From: an uncultured Gammaproteobacteria bacterium
Lineage (GTDB): Bacteria > Patescibacteriota > Patescibacteriia > SG8-24
Direction: 5' to 3'
NCBI GenBank assembly: GCA_964626205.1
Contig: CAZVED010000005.1
Coordinates: 31,603 to 95,602, forward strand
Length of the DNA stretch: 64,000 bases
Position 1 is the stretch's first letter, and the number at the start of each line of letters is the position of its first letter. Shown here one piece after another: positions 48,506-57,402 of the stretch. The notes below the pieces were generated by a model. It did not search any database and was not told the DNA's origin. It was given only the letters and a program-made list of their open reading frames with translations. The position numbers and the translations under genes were made by a program.

Positions 48506-49630
48506 ATGCCGCTCTTCCGCCGCGCTATCGCGACCCTTGCCCTCGCTGTCGTCCTCATGACGGCAGCGTTCGGCGTGCTCGTGCCCACCACACTCGCGCA
48601 GGTGCAGGTCATCGAGCCGACACTCAGCATTCCGATACCAAATCTGAAATTCAGCGACGCCGAGGTCATCGACGCAGCATCCGGAAACGCCGAAGGTCTC
48701 GGCATCTCATGGATTGCAGACTACGTCCAAGCTGTCTACGACTACGCCATCGCCATCGCGGGCGTGCTCGCTGCCACCATGATGATGATTGGCGGGTTCC
48801 AGTATCTCACCGCCGGCGGCGACGGCGGAAAGGTTAGCGGTGCCAAGAAGCGCATCGGTGACGCACTCGTCGGTCTCATCCTCGCGCTCGGAACGTATGT
48901 CATTCTCACGACGGTCAGCGACCGGCTCGTAGCACTCCAGCGCATCGACGTCGAGATGGTTGAGCGGCAAATGTTCGCCGTCACGGACCTGCACGATGCG
49001 GGAGCGATTGCGCCCGATACGGGTGGCGGGGCTGCAGCGAAAGGCAGTCCGGTGTGTACCAACACGGAAACCTGTACCCCGATCTGCAACTTGCCGCGAA
49101 GTCAATGGCCAAAGACGGGAGGGAACGTCTTGCCCGTGGAGCAGACCGTCATCATCGGTCGCTTGCCAGGCATCAGCTCCGGGCATTCCTTGCGTGTCGC
49201 GCCAGAAATGCAGACCGCACTCGAACGCGCTGGAAGAATCGCTCAGCAGCGGGGGTATACGATCAATATCGGATCTGCATACCGCCCGCTGGAAAACCAG
49301 ATAGCAGCGGCGTGCGAAAAGATCAAGCAGGGCTTGGGGGATCAAATCGGTAGCATCGTCGCCCGCCCAGGAACGTCCAATCACGGACATGGTAAGGCGG
49401 TCGATGTCGTGCTCATGCGGGATGGAAAAAAGGTGACGACATCTGCATCCAGCCAGCAATACGACGAGGTCTGGCGTGACCATGCGATGGTTCTCGCGGA
49501 GATCATGGCCGAAGCCGGACTTGTCCGATATAGCCGAGAAATCTGGCATTTCGAGATCCCGACCGGTGAAGCGTGCCGCTGCAAAGGAGCCGCTTGCGCA
49601 TTCCCTCCTCCCAAAGCCCCTAGTTGTTGA
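48506..49630 (+). CDS. fusion protein: TrbC/VirB2-like pilin N-terminal domain + C-terminal M15 (VanY-like) zinc D,D-peptidase domain
   Basis: Signal peptide ...TTLAQ, two pilin-type helices (YAIAIAGVLAATMMMIGGF / ALVGLILALGTYVILTTVS), then the M15 motif SNHGHGKAVDV (SxHxxGxAxD). Eight Cys in the extracytoplasmic part. The track ORF from 48416 has an N-terminal extension. Confidence 0.6.
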   Translation: MPLFRRAIATLALAVVLMTAAFGVLVPTTLAQVQVIEPTLSIPIPNLKFSDAEVIDAASGNAEGLGISWIADYVQAVYDYAIAIAGVLAATMMMIGGFQYLTAGGDGGKVSGAKKRIGDALVGLILALGTYVILTTVSDRLVALQRIDVEMVERQMFAVTDLHDAGAIAPDTGGGAAAKGSPVCTNTETCTPICNLPRSQWPKTGGNVLPVEQTVIIGRLPGISSGHSLRVAPEMQTALERAGRIAQQRGYTINIGSAYRPLENQIAAACEKIKQGLGDQIGSIVARPGTSNHGHGKAVDVVLMRDGKKVTTSASSQQYDEVWRDHAMVLAEIMAEAGLVRYSREIWHFEIPTGEACRCKGAACAFPPPKAPSC

Positions 49631-49672
49631 CGCGCTCTGGATCATTCCAAAAGTTCCTGCTAGCTTTGCGCC

Positions 49673-51085
49673 ATGAAAAACTCCCACCTCTTCGTCTGTT
49701 CCAACTGCGATGCTCAGTCCCCCAAATGGACCGGGCAGTGTCTTGAGTGCGGCAAATGGGGCACCGTGACGGATGCCATGGAAAGCGGCGCGGCGGCGGC
49801 TCCCAAGGCCCATGCCATCGCGGCGGCAACCACGCGCCCGGCGGCCCTGGAGACGCTCAAAGGAAAGACGGCTGGCAACGCTCCCCGCGTCGCCACCGGC
49901 ATCGGCGAGCTTGACCGCGTCTTCGGGGGCGGTGTCATCGCAGGCTCCGTCACGCTCTTGGGTGGCGAGCCGGGCATCGGCAAATCCACTATCTCGCTCT
50001 CTCTCGCCTCACGCTTCGGTGCGCAAGGTAAGGACGTCGTTTACGTCTCCGGCGAAGAGTCCGCCGCGCAGATTGGAATGCGTGCGGACCGTCTTAAGCT
50101 CCCCACGGACCGTGTCTCGTTTCTTTCCCATACCGACACCGACACCGTCATCGCAACGCTCGCCAAGCACAAGCCCGCGCTCGCCATCATCGACTCCATC
50201 CAGACCATGACGGACTCCTCCGTCCCTTCGGCTGGCGGGTCCACTGCGCAGATCCGTACCGTCACCGCCAAGCTCGTCGGTTTCGCCAAGGAAACCGGTA
50301 CCGCACTCATGATCATCGGCCACGTCACCAAGGACGGAACGGTCGCCGGGCCAAAGACCTTGGAGCACCTCGTAGACACAGTCTTCTCTTTCGAAGGCGA
50401 GCGCACGCACGGCCTCCGCGTGCTCCGCGTGCTCAAGAATCGCTTCGGTGCCACAGACGAAGCCGGCATGTTCGAAATGACGGAGGAAGGTCTACGTGAG
50501 GTGAAGAACCCTTCCGCCTACCTCCTGGACGAACGCCAAGGAACAGTCCCCGGCTCCGTCATCACGGCGGTATTGGAAGGTAGCCGTCCGGTACTCGTAG
50601 AGGTGCAGGCATTGGTGCAGAAAACCGGCTTCGGCTTCCCCACACGCCGCGCCAACGGTATCGAGCAGGCGCGCCTCGAGATGCTCCTCGCGGTCTTGAG
50701 CCGTCGTGGCGGCGTCGACCTCTCGCAGTATGATGTCTTCGTGAACGTCGTCGGCGGCATCCGCATCAAGGAGCCTGCGGCGGATCTCGCGGTCGCGGCA
50801 GCACTCGTCTCCGCCTATGCCAACGTCCCCATTCCTGCAGACTCCGCGGCATGGGGTGAAATCGGCCTCGGCGGCGAAGTGCGCGCCGCAGTGGGAGCGG
50901 ACCGGCGTCTCGCGGAAGCCGGCAACCTCGGCATGAAGGACGTCCTCACCTCCCTCCCCCGCAAGGTTCAGCCGAGGCTTCCGAAAGGCATTGGCATCAC
51001 GGACATTCGCTCCGTCGCCGACCTCGCACAGCACATCACCGCAACAACGAAAGCATCCATGGAAAAAAAGAAAGCCGCTGCATGA
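49673..51085 (+). CDS. radA: DNA repair protein RadA
   Basis: N-terminal zinc finger (CSNCDAQSPKWTGQCLECGKWGT), Walker A GEPGIGKST, KNRFG motif, Lon-like C-terminal domain. Confidence 0.93.
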   Translation: MKNSHLFVCSNCDAQSPKWTGQCLECGKWGTVTDAMESGAAAAPKAHAIAAATTRPAALETLKGKTAGNAPRVATGIGELDRVFGGGVIAGSVTLLGGEPGIGKSTISLSLASRFGAQGKDVVYVSGEESAAQIGMRADRLKLPTDRVSFLSHTDTDTVIATLAKHKPALAIIDSIQTMTDSSVPSAGGSTAQIRTVTAKLVGFAKETGTALMIIGHVTKDGTVAGPKTLEHLVDTVFSFEGERTHGLRVLRVLKNRFGATDEAGMFEMTEEGLREVKNPSAYLLDERQGTVPGSVITAVLEGSRPVLVEVQALVQKTGFGFPTRRANGIEQARLEMLLAVLSRRGGVDLSQYDVFVNVVGGIRIKEPAADLAVAAALVSAYANVPIPADSAAWGEIGLGGEVRAAVGADRRLAEAGNLGMKDVLTSLPRKVQPRLPKGIGITDIRSVADLAQHITATTKASMEKKKAAA

Positions 51086-51102
51086 TGCAGCGGCTTTTGC
51101 GT
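51068..51102. terminator. bidirectional terminator between radA and the convergent minus gene
   Basis: aaagccgctgcatgatgcagcggctttt. Confidence 0.65.
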
Positions 51103-51120
51103 ATCAGATGAGCGCGTCGA

Positions 51121-51537
51121 TCAGTCGACCGCTTCGAGCGTGACCTCCGTGAGGCCTGCCTTCTTCGCAAGGCGCCCGATGACGAACTTGTCGGCTCGCA
51201 GCGGAATTGTCGCGAGGAAGAACTCACCGATGGACGCACGGAACATCGCACGCTTCTTCGCGCCACGAGAACCGTCGTCCGCGAGCACGTCGGCGATGAC
51301 CTGTACGAGGTCGCGATGACTGGAATGGACCGTGGTGGCGAGACGCGAGAACCGCTTCGCCGCGATGGCATTCCCGGACGCATCGAGGAACGCCTGCACC
51401 CGTGCAATGACCTCCTTCTTACGGGTCTTCATCATGCACGTCATGTGCCCCACCGTTCCGTCCGGCGATGAGCACCGGTCCGGCGCCTCGCCGGCAACCG
51501 TACGGAAACACCCTGGGCAATACCCTTTCGTGACCAT
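51121..51537 (-). CDS. hypothetical protein with N-terminal Cys-rich zinc-ribbon-like motif
   Basis: MVTKGYCPGCF...C..H.TC. RBS aaggagg before ATG at 51537. Confidence 0.4.
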   Translation of the reverse strand: MVTKGYCPGCFRTVAGEAPDRCSSPDGTVGHMTCMMKTRKKEVIARVQAFLDASGNAIAAKRFSRLATTVHSSHRDLVQVIADVLADDGSRGAKKRAMFRASIGEFFLATIPLRADKFVIGRLAKKAGLTEVTLEAVD

Positions 51538-51647
51538 GTAAGCCTCCTTCAAGCCGACCACCCTGATCGGCCACGCTCCGCACATAGCGGAAGCGCCTCC
51601 ACCGTAGCGGATAGGGCGAAAAAGGTCAATGGTGGCGCTGGGGTGCC

Positions 51648-53312
51648 TTACGCGCTTTTTACCGTCGGAAGCACCACGTGGAAGGTCGTCCCCTTTCCCT
51701 CCTCGGAATCAAACCATACGCGACCATCATGCTTCTCCACGATGGATTTCACGATATACAGACCAAGGCCGGTCCCTTCGACCCCTTCCGCGGCGTTCGA
51801 TGCACGGAAGAACTTACTGAACATCTTCGGCTGCTCGTCCTTAGGAATCCCCATTCCAGCGTCCTTCACGAAGAGCTGCAGCACTCCATCGACCGTCTCC
51901 AATCCGACCTCCACCTTGCCGCCGTCCCGCGAGTATTTCACCGCATTGCCAATCAGGTTCGAGAACACCTCCCTGAACTTGTCGGTATCCACATCGAGCA
52001 TGAGCGAGGCAGGAAGCGTCGGCGATGCCAGCACGACCTTCTTTTGTGTCGCTGCGGGCACGAAGTCCGTGAGGATCGACGCGAGCACCGGAACGACATC
52101 GGTAGGCTTGCGGACCAAGTTGAACTTCTTGCCAGTCTCGATACGCGACACGCTCAGCAAGTCGCCCACCAAGCGCAATAGCCGATCCGCGATGGATTCG
52201 ACCTGCGACACGGGCTGATGCTGCTCTGCCGAAATCTTGCCGAAATCGCCGCCAAGGAGCGCTTCTACCGTCCACTTGATGCTGGTGAGCGGAGTCTTGA
52301 GCTGATGACTGGCGAGCGAGACAAATTCCGTCTTCATCTGGTCGATCTCGTGCTCTTTCGTCATATCCTCATATACGGAAACCGCACCGTTCACGCTGCC
52401 ATCCGCGCCTCGCACCGGCGCCGCAACAACACGGAGAACGATACGTCCGCCATCAGGACGATTCACAAAGATATCGGACTTGGTGACCGTCTCCCCCGAC
52501 TTGAGTGCCATCGATGTCGGAAGCTCTTCCGGCGGATAGGGTGATCCGTTCTCTTTGCTGACATGAAATCGAGCCGTATACTTGGCAATGTTCAGCATGG
52601 ACTCCGGTTCACGGCCAGCGATACGTATCGCGGCGCCGTTCACCGCAAGTGTCTCACCTTGCGCATTGACCATGATCGCGCCGACCGGAAGGTTCTCAAG
52701 CAATACACGCAAACGCTCACGCTGCTCGACGACGACACGCCGCGCCTTGTCCCAACCGCTTTCTGCGACGTACCCAAGCAAGTTCAACAGGAGCAGCGAC
52801 GACCATACTTGCCTCAATTGATCGTATTCGTAATAGGACGCCACGGCACCCTGTCGCACAGCAAGCGCATAGGCAACGTGCGAGACGAAAAATGCGGCAT
52901 TGTACCAGTTACCGAGCCTCACCCCTTGGAACAGGTACGTCGTGCTCGGGAATACGAGTGACCAATAGATGCCTGTGCCATTAATGCCACCGCTCTCGAG
53001 AATGACGAGCAAAAGCACACCCGAACAAATAGTGATTGCTGGTTTGGCGAGCGCAATCCGCTTGTGCCACTTATACAGGAACCAGTTCACGACTTCGATG
53101 ACACCGAGCCCGATTTCCAGAAGCCCGAGGCCGATGTCACCCTGACTCAACCGGTACGCGCCATACGCAAGCAAGTAGGGCGCCAGTAGCCACGTAAAAA
53201 GGTTCAGCATCCGTTGCTGACGCCTCTCTTCTGCGGCCTCGGCGGTCGTTTGCTCGAAAAACAAGCTCGTATTCACAGCATTTTTTTGGTCCATATCCTC
53301 ATATTTTAGCAA
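51648..53312 (-). CDS. sensor histidine kinase (polytopic membrane N-terminus, PAS, HisKA, HATPase_c); no response regulator adjacent
   Basis: H-box LASHQLKTPLTSI, N-box NLIGNAVKYS, G-boxes DAGMGI and GTGLGL, PAS-like segment. Confidence 0.85.
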   Translation of the reverse strand: MLKYEDMDQKNAVNTSLFFEQTTAEAAEERRQQRMLNLFTWLLAPYLLAYGAYRLSQGDIGLGLLEIGLGVIEVVNWFLYKWHKRIALAKPAITICSGVLLLVILESGGINGTGIYWSLVFPSTTYLFQGVRLGNWYNAAFFVSHVAYALAVRQGAVASYYEYDQLRQVWSSLLLLNLLGYVAESGWDKARRVVVEQRERLRVLLENLPVGAIMVNAQGETLAVNGAAIRIAGREPESMLNIAKYTARFHVSKENGSPYPPEELPTSMALKSGETVTKSDIFVNRPDGGRIVLRVVAAPVRGADGSVNGAVSVYEDMTKEHEIDQMKTEFVSLASHQLKTPLTSIKWTVEALLGGDFGKISAEQHQPVSQVESIADRLLRLVGDLLSVSRIETGKKFNLVRKPTDVVPVLASILTDFVPAATQKKVVLASPTLPASLMLDVDTDKFREVFSNLIGNAVKYSRDGGKVEVGLETVDGVLQLFVKDAGMGIPKDEQPKMFSKFFRASNAAEGVEGTGLGLYIVKSIVEKHDGRVWFDSEEGKGTTFHVVLPTVKSA

Positions 53313-53339
53313 AAAAATGACCCGCTGTATAGCGAGTCA

Positions 53340-55472
53340 TTACTCCACATGCGCCGACTCCACGGCGACACGAACCTGCTCGGCAAGGAGCGGGTACCCG
53401 GCGAGCGTGGGGTCTTCCGCAAGGATGCGCTGAGCGGCTTCTTTGGCAGTGCGGACGAGGCTCATGTCCGCAATACTCGCGAATCGGAGCTCCGGGAACC
53501 CGGACTGAGCGTCACCCAGCAGGTCGCCGGGACCGCGCAGCTCTAGGTCTTTTTCCGCGAGCGTGAACCCGTCCTTGTGCTGCACTACCGCCTTGAGCCG
53601 CGCCTTTTCGCCGTCCGTATCCTTCGTGGGGAACAGGAAGCAATACGACGCATGCGCTCCCCTACCGATACGCCCACGGAACTGATGGAGCTGCGCGAGA
53701 CCGAACCGCTCCGCACCCTCGATGCACATCACGCTGGCATTCGGCACGTCCACGCCGACTTCCACGACAGAGGTCGCCACAAGCACCTGCGTCTCGCCCG
53801 CAACGAACCGTCGCATGACCTCTTCTTTCTCCGCAGAGGAGAGCTTCCCGTGAAGCATGCCGACCGTATACCCCTTCAACTCCCCCTTAGCGAGTTTCTC
53901 AAAAAGTTCGGTCACGGATGCTGCCTCCACCATGTCGGAACGGTCGATGAGCGGACAGACTACGAACGCCTGCCGTCCTTGGTCGAGCTGACCGCGCACG
54001 AACGCGAATGCCCTCTTGCGGCCGACCGGCATGACCAGTTTCGTTTCGATATCCTTGCGCGCTGCCGGTTTCTCCTTGAGGAGCGAGAGGTCGAGGTCGC
54101 CGTATGCCGTGAGCGCCAACGAGCGCGGAATCGGCGTTGCAGTCATAGAGAGCAAGTGCGGCTCCGTCCCAACATCACCGCTCTTGGCACGGAGGAGCTT
54201 GCGCGTCCGTACGCCGAACCGATGCTGTTCGTCCACCACGGCGAAAGCAAGGTCGTGGAAACTGAGCGCGTCATAGACGAGCGCATGCGTGCCGATGATG
54301 ATATCCACGCGTCCTTTGGCGATTTCCTCGCCGAGCGCAGCAACCTCCTTTTTCCCTTTCGCTTCGATCTCTTTGCCACCCCGCACCGAACGACGATGCG
54401 CATTGGTCCAGAGCACGATGGTCACATTCTTCTCGCTGGCGAACGTGCGTGCGAACGTGCCGAAGTGCTGCTGCGCGAGAATCTCCGTCGGTGCCATGAC
54501 CGCAACCTGACGACCTGCCGCAACGACGTTCCGTGCGGCAATCATCGCGACCGCGGTCTTGCCAGTACCTACGTCCCCGTCCAAAAGCCGCGCCATGGGA
54601 ATATTCCTGCCCATGTCCTGCATCGCCTCCCACGCTGCGACACGCTGATCCTTGGTGAGGGGGAACGGCAACGACGCCACGAACGCTTTCACGATGTCCT
54701 CGGCAAACGGCACTGGCGCCGCAGTCGCCTTCTCGCGATATGCGCGCATCCTACCGACGGCGATTTGCAGCCGCAGAAGCTCGTCAAACGCCAGGCGGTG
54801 ACGAGCGCGGTCCGCACTGCCCTCAGCTGTCGGAAAATGCGCCTCGCGGAGAGCGGCGGCGAGAGGAAGGAGCCCATACTCCGTGAGTAGCGGCTCCGGG
54901 AGCGGGTCCGGTAAAAGGTCGATGACCGACGCGCACTTTGCCACCGATACCCGCACCGCGCGCTGCGTCAGCCCGATGGTGAGCGGATACACTGGCATGA
55001 CCTCGCGTACGGAGGTGTCGTTTGCCGCGCTCGCAGCAGGCGTCACGACATCCAGAGAACCGACGCGTTCGAACTGCGGATTGATGAGCTTCTTCCCGAA
55101 CTTGGACAGCTTCACCTTTCCCGCGAACCGATATGCATTTCCCACGACGAGCGTCTTCACGAGGTATGGTTGGTTGAACCAGATCGCGCCAATCTCGTCC
55201 GTGCCATCGGAGAGTACAGCCTCGGTCATGGTCATGCGCTTGCGGAAGCTGCGCTTGTTCTGGAGCGCTGTCACCTGCAACGTGAGTGCGACGTTCGTTT
55301 CTGGTATCGCCTCCACCAACCCGCCGCTACCGTACGTTTCGTAGCGAAACGGAAGGTGCAGAAGCAAGTCCCGCACGGTCACAAGGCCGATACCCGAAAA
55401 AACCGGGCATAGCCGTTTGACGATGCCAGGAACATCTTCGAGCCGCGTATCCGGCGTGATCTGCCGTTTCAT
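53340..55472 (-). CDS. recG: ATP-dependent DNA helicase RecG
   Basis: Wedge domain, helicase motifs DVGTGKTAVAM, DEQHRFG, SMTATPIPRS, QFRGRIGRG. Confidence 0.93.
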   Translation of the reverse strand: MKRQITPDTRLEDVPGIVKRLCPVFSGIGLVTVRDLLLHLPFRYETYGSGGLVEAIPETNVALTLQVTALQNKRSFRKRMTMTEAVLSDGTDEIGAIWFNQPYLVKTLVVGNAYRFAGKVKLSKFGKKLINPQFERVGSLDVVTPAASAANDTSVREVMPVYPLTIGLTQRAVRVSVAKCASVIDLLPDPLPEPLLTEYGLLPLAAALREAHFPTAEGSADRARHRLAFDELLRLQIAVGRMRAYREKATAAPVPFAEDIVKAFVASLPFPLTKDQRVAAWEAMQDMGRNIPMARLLDGDVGTGKTAVAMIAARNVVAAGRQVAVMAPTEILAQQHFGTFARTFASEKNVTIVLWTNAHRRSVRGGKEIEAKGKKEVAALGEEIAKGRVDIIIGTHALVYDALSFHDLAFAVVDEQHRFGVRTRKLLRAKSGDVGTEPHLLSMTATPIPRSLALTAYGDLDLSLLKEKPAARKDIETKLVMPVGRKRAFAFVRGQLDQGRQAFVVCPLIDRSDMVEAASVTELFEKLAKGELKGYTVGMLHGKLSSAEKEEVMRRFVAGETQVLVATSVVEVGVDVPNASVMCIEGAERFGLAQLHQFRGRIGRGAHASYCFLFPTKDTDGEKARLKAVVQHKDGFTLAEKDLELRGPGDLLGDAQSGFPELRFASIADMSLVRTAKEAAQRILAEDPTLAGYPLLAEQVRVAVESAHVE

Positions 55473-55517
55473 TCGATAAGGATAGCAAAAATCCCCGCTT
55501 TGGGCGGGGATCTCTGA

Positions 55518-55594
55518 TGGTGCACCCGGCAGGAGTCGAACCTGCGACCTTCAGCTCCGCAAGCTGACGCTCTATCCAGCTGAGCTACGAGTGC
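55518..55594 (-). tRNA. tRNA-Arg (anticodon GCG as read)
   Basis: The minus strand gcactcgtagctcagctggatagagcgtcagcttgcggagctgaaggtcgcaggttcgactcctgccgggtgcacca folds as a canonical cloverleaf. Anticodon loop tt-GCG-ga; encoded CCA. Confidence 0.8.
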
Positions 55595-55603
55595 GTATGC
55601 GGT

Positions 55604-56113
55604 TTACAGTTTGAGGACGCGACCAATGGCGTCGAGCAGGGGCTCTTCGTCTTTGGTGAGATCTTCGACGACGAACGCGGCCAAGACTTCGCGGACTTCG
55701 TTGGGGTTTTGATCGCCCAAGCCGATGATGACACGCGGCTTCCACGGCTCCTTGAAGTCGAGGTACAGCTGCTTCACGACCGGTGGTTCGTAGACGAACC
55801 AGAAGTGGCTGATTTCCTGGTAGCCGTAGAACGCACCTCCGACCTGGATGCCCCGGTCATCGATGGTTACGACGGATTCCGTGACAGCCTGGATCGACGA
55901 GAGGTAGATCACGAGGCCGAACATGATGATAATCAGCGCAAAGAGGAAGTTACCAGAAGCCAGCGCATAAAGCAAGAGTCCAAGGCCCACGGCCCCCATG
56001 GCGAAATACCACCGCCCGCCCCGGTCATACCGGTCGGCCTCGGAGTACTCCCAGCTCACAATCATGTCGCGTTCGTCTTCCATAGGTGATTCCTCCCCGC
56101 TACTATAGCGCAT
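55604..56113 (-). CDS. hypothetical membrane protein (169 aa)
   Basis: Two adjacent TM helices (WYFAMGAVGLGLLLYALASGNFLFALIIIMFGLVIYL). No family recognised. Confidence 0.4.
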   Translation of the reverse strand: MRYSSGEESPMEDERDMIVSWEYSEADRYDRGGRWYFAMGAVGLGLLLYALASGNFLFALIIIMFGLVIYLSSIQAVTESVVTIDDRGIQVGGAFYGYQEISHFWFVYEPPVVKQLYLDFKEPWKPRVIIGLGDQNPNEVREVLAAFVVEDLTKDEEPLLDAIGRVLKL

Positions 56114-56356
56114 TTAAGGCCAGGGGGCCAATAGGGGTATTCACAAACCCGGGGGTTTCCTATACTGTAACGGGGTTCGGAAATGAACCGACCGGATGGC
56201 CATAGGGAGCCGTCGGAGTATGAGAAGGCCTTTCAGACGGGATGCGATTCGGGATGCTGGCGTGGACCGCAGCCGTGAGGCCTACTCCCTGTAGGCCGGA
56301 ACGGGGCGGGCCGCGTCAGTGCCCGAAGCGCGCCCGGCTGTAAGGCCGAACCGTAA

Positions 56357-56445
56357 GGAGGGCTGCGCCGAATGGTAAGGCACCAGTTTGCTAAACTGTG
56401 ACGCCGCAAGGTGTCTTCTGGGTTCGATCCCCAGGCCCTCCGCCA
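56357..56445 (+). tRNA. tRNA-Ser (anticodon GCU), class II with long variable arm
   Basis: ggagggc acceptor, anticodon loop tt-GCT-aa, variable arm tgacgccgcaaggtgtcttc, T-arm ctgggttcgatccccag, 3-prime gccctcc-g-cca. The spurious antisense ORF translates to the classic GIEPRR artefact. Confidence 0.8.
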
Positions 56446-56528
56446 TGAATCGCTCACCCCGCAAGGGGTGGGCGCTTTCATATGAGGTCATGGCCCGAAG
56501 GGGTCGGGAATGGTATTTTAATGGACAT

Positions 56529-56616
56529 GGAGGGGTGGCCGAGCGGTTGAAGGCACCGGTCTTGAAAACCGGCAGGGCGCAAGTCCTCGTGAGTTCGAAT
56601 CTCACCCCCTCCGCCA
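56529..56616 (+). tRNA. tRNA-Ser (anticodon UGA), class II
   Basis: ggaggggtggccgagcggttgaaggcaccggtcttgaaaaccggcagggcgcaagtcctcgtgagttcgaatctcaccccctccgcca. The antisense ORF gives the GVRFELT artefact. Confidence 0.88.
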
Positions 56617-56656
56617 CGACAATTTCTTATCGGATGAGACTCACGAACCTCAAATA

Positions 56657-56684
56657 GTAGGTGCTTGTCGCAACAACAAAACGC
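56657..56684 (+). terminator. rho-independent terminator after the tRNA-Ser pair
   Basis: aaaacgccccggaaggggcgtttt followed by gttg. Confidence 0.7.
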
Positions 56685-56739
56685 CCCGGAAGGGGCGTTT
56701 TGTTGTAAGATTAAAGCACTATTCTGAAGCAAGTCATCT

Positions 56740-57294
56740 ATGAGAAAAATGATTGTGTGGAATGTAATTACACTCGACGGTCGTTTTGAGGGCGAGAAAC
56801 CATGGGACCTATCCTTCCATAATCTCGTCTGGGGGCCAGAACTACAGTCGCTAAGCCTCAATCAGTTACAGGAAGCGGACATGCTCGTTTTTGGAGAAAA
56901 TACCTACAAGGGCATGGCAGACTATTGGCCGAACGCAAAAGAGCAAGAAGCTGCTCTCATGAACGGTATCGCGAAGGTGGTATGTTCCTCCTCACGTAAA
57001 AATGCGGAATGGAATAACACAACCATTGTCCGCGACGCAGTACCTGCTCTGACGCAGCTTAAAGAACAAGGAGATAGACCGATGTATATCTTTGGGAGCG
57101 GAAACCTCATCCAATCTCTCATGAATGCCGGAATGATCGATGAGATCCGCTTGTGCGTTGCGCCAATTATCTTAGGGAAAGGTCGTCGATTGTTCACCGA
57201 AGAACATTCGACGCGCAACCTCAAGTTGCTGGAATCTCGGTCGCTTCAAAGCGGTGGCGTCATTCTTCGATATGAAGTAAATAACGCGCTATAA
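56740..57294 (+). CDS. RibD C-terminal / dihydrofolate-reductase-family protein, in a low-GC islet
   Basis: MRKMIVWNVITLDGRFEG...ADMLVFGENTYKGM...MYIFGSGNLIQSLMNAGMIDEIRLCVAPIILGKGRRLF, the RibD_C (YwjB/YyaP-type) pattern. Local GC is about 47 % against more than 60 % elsewhere. Confidence 0.75.
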   Translation: MRKMIVWNVITLDGRFEGEKPWDLSFHNLVWGPELQSLSLNQLQEADMLVFGENTYKGMADYWPNAKEQEAALMNGIAKVVCSSSRKNAEWNNTTIVRDAVPALTQLKEQGDRPMYIFGSGNLIQSLMNAGMIDEIRLCVAPIILGKGRRLFTEEHSTRNLKLLESRSLQSGGVILRYEVNNAL

Positions 57295-57402
57295 GGGTCA
57301 CCACGATGACATCCGTCGTCCTCTAGTACGACTAAGAGGCACCTCTCGACATCTGAAGAGAGCATTTGACATAATGAAGGCACTAATCACCTTTCCTCAC
57401 CT

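Noticed and set aside
47104-48705. 533-aa minus-strand ORF across the TolB-like and DsbA-like genes
   Set aside because: Antisense to two sense genes with clear motifs (PD40 repeats, CxxC). GC artefact.
53577-54890. 437-aa plus-strand ORF inside recG
   Set aside because: Antisense to recG. GC artefact.
56233-56445. Possible tmRNA (GAUUCGGGAU near 56245 plus a tRNA-like 3-prime end with CCA)
   Set aside because: The 3-prime part folds as a complete class-II tRNA-Ser(GCU) with its own acceptor stem, D-arm and GCU anticodon. No tag-peptide ORF or resume codon, and no tmRNA pseudoknot pattern, is recognisable. Left as an unassigned structured region.
56233-56617. Minus-strand ORFs 56233-56481 and 56282-56617
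   Set aside because: They translate the antisense of the two tRNA-Ser genes (the classic GVRFELT / GIEPRR peptides). Not coding.
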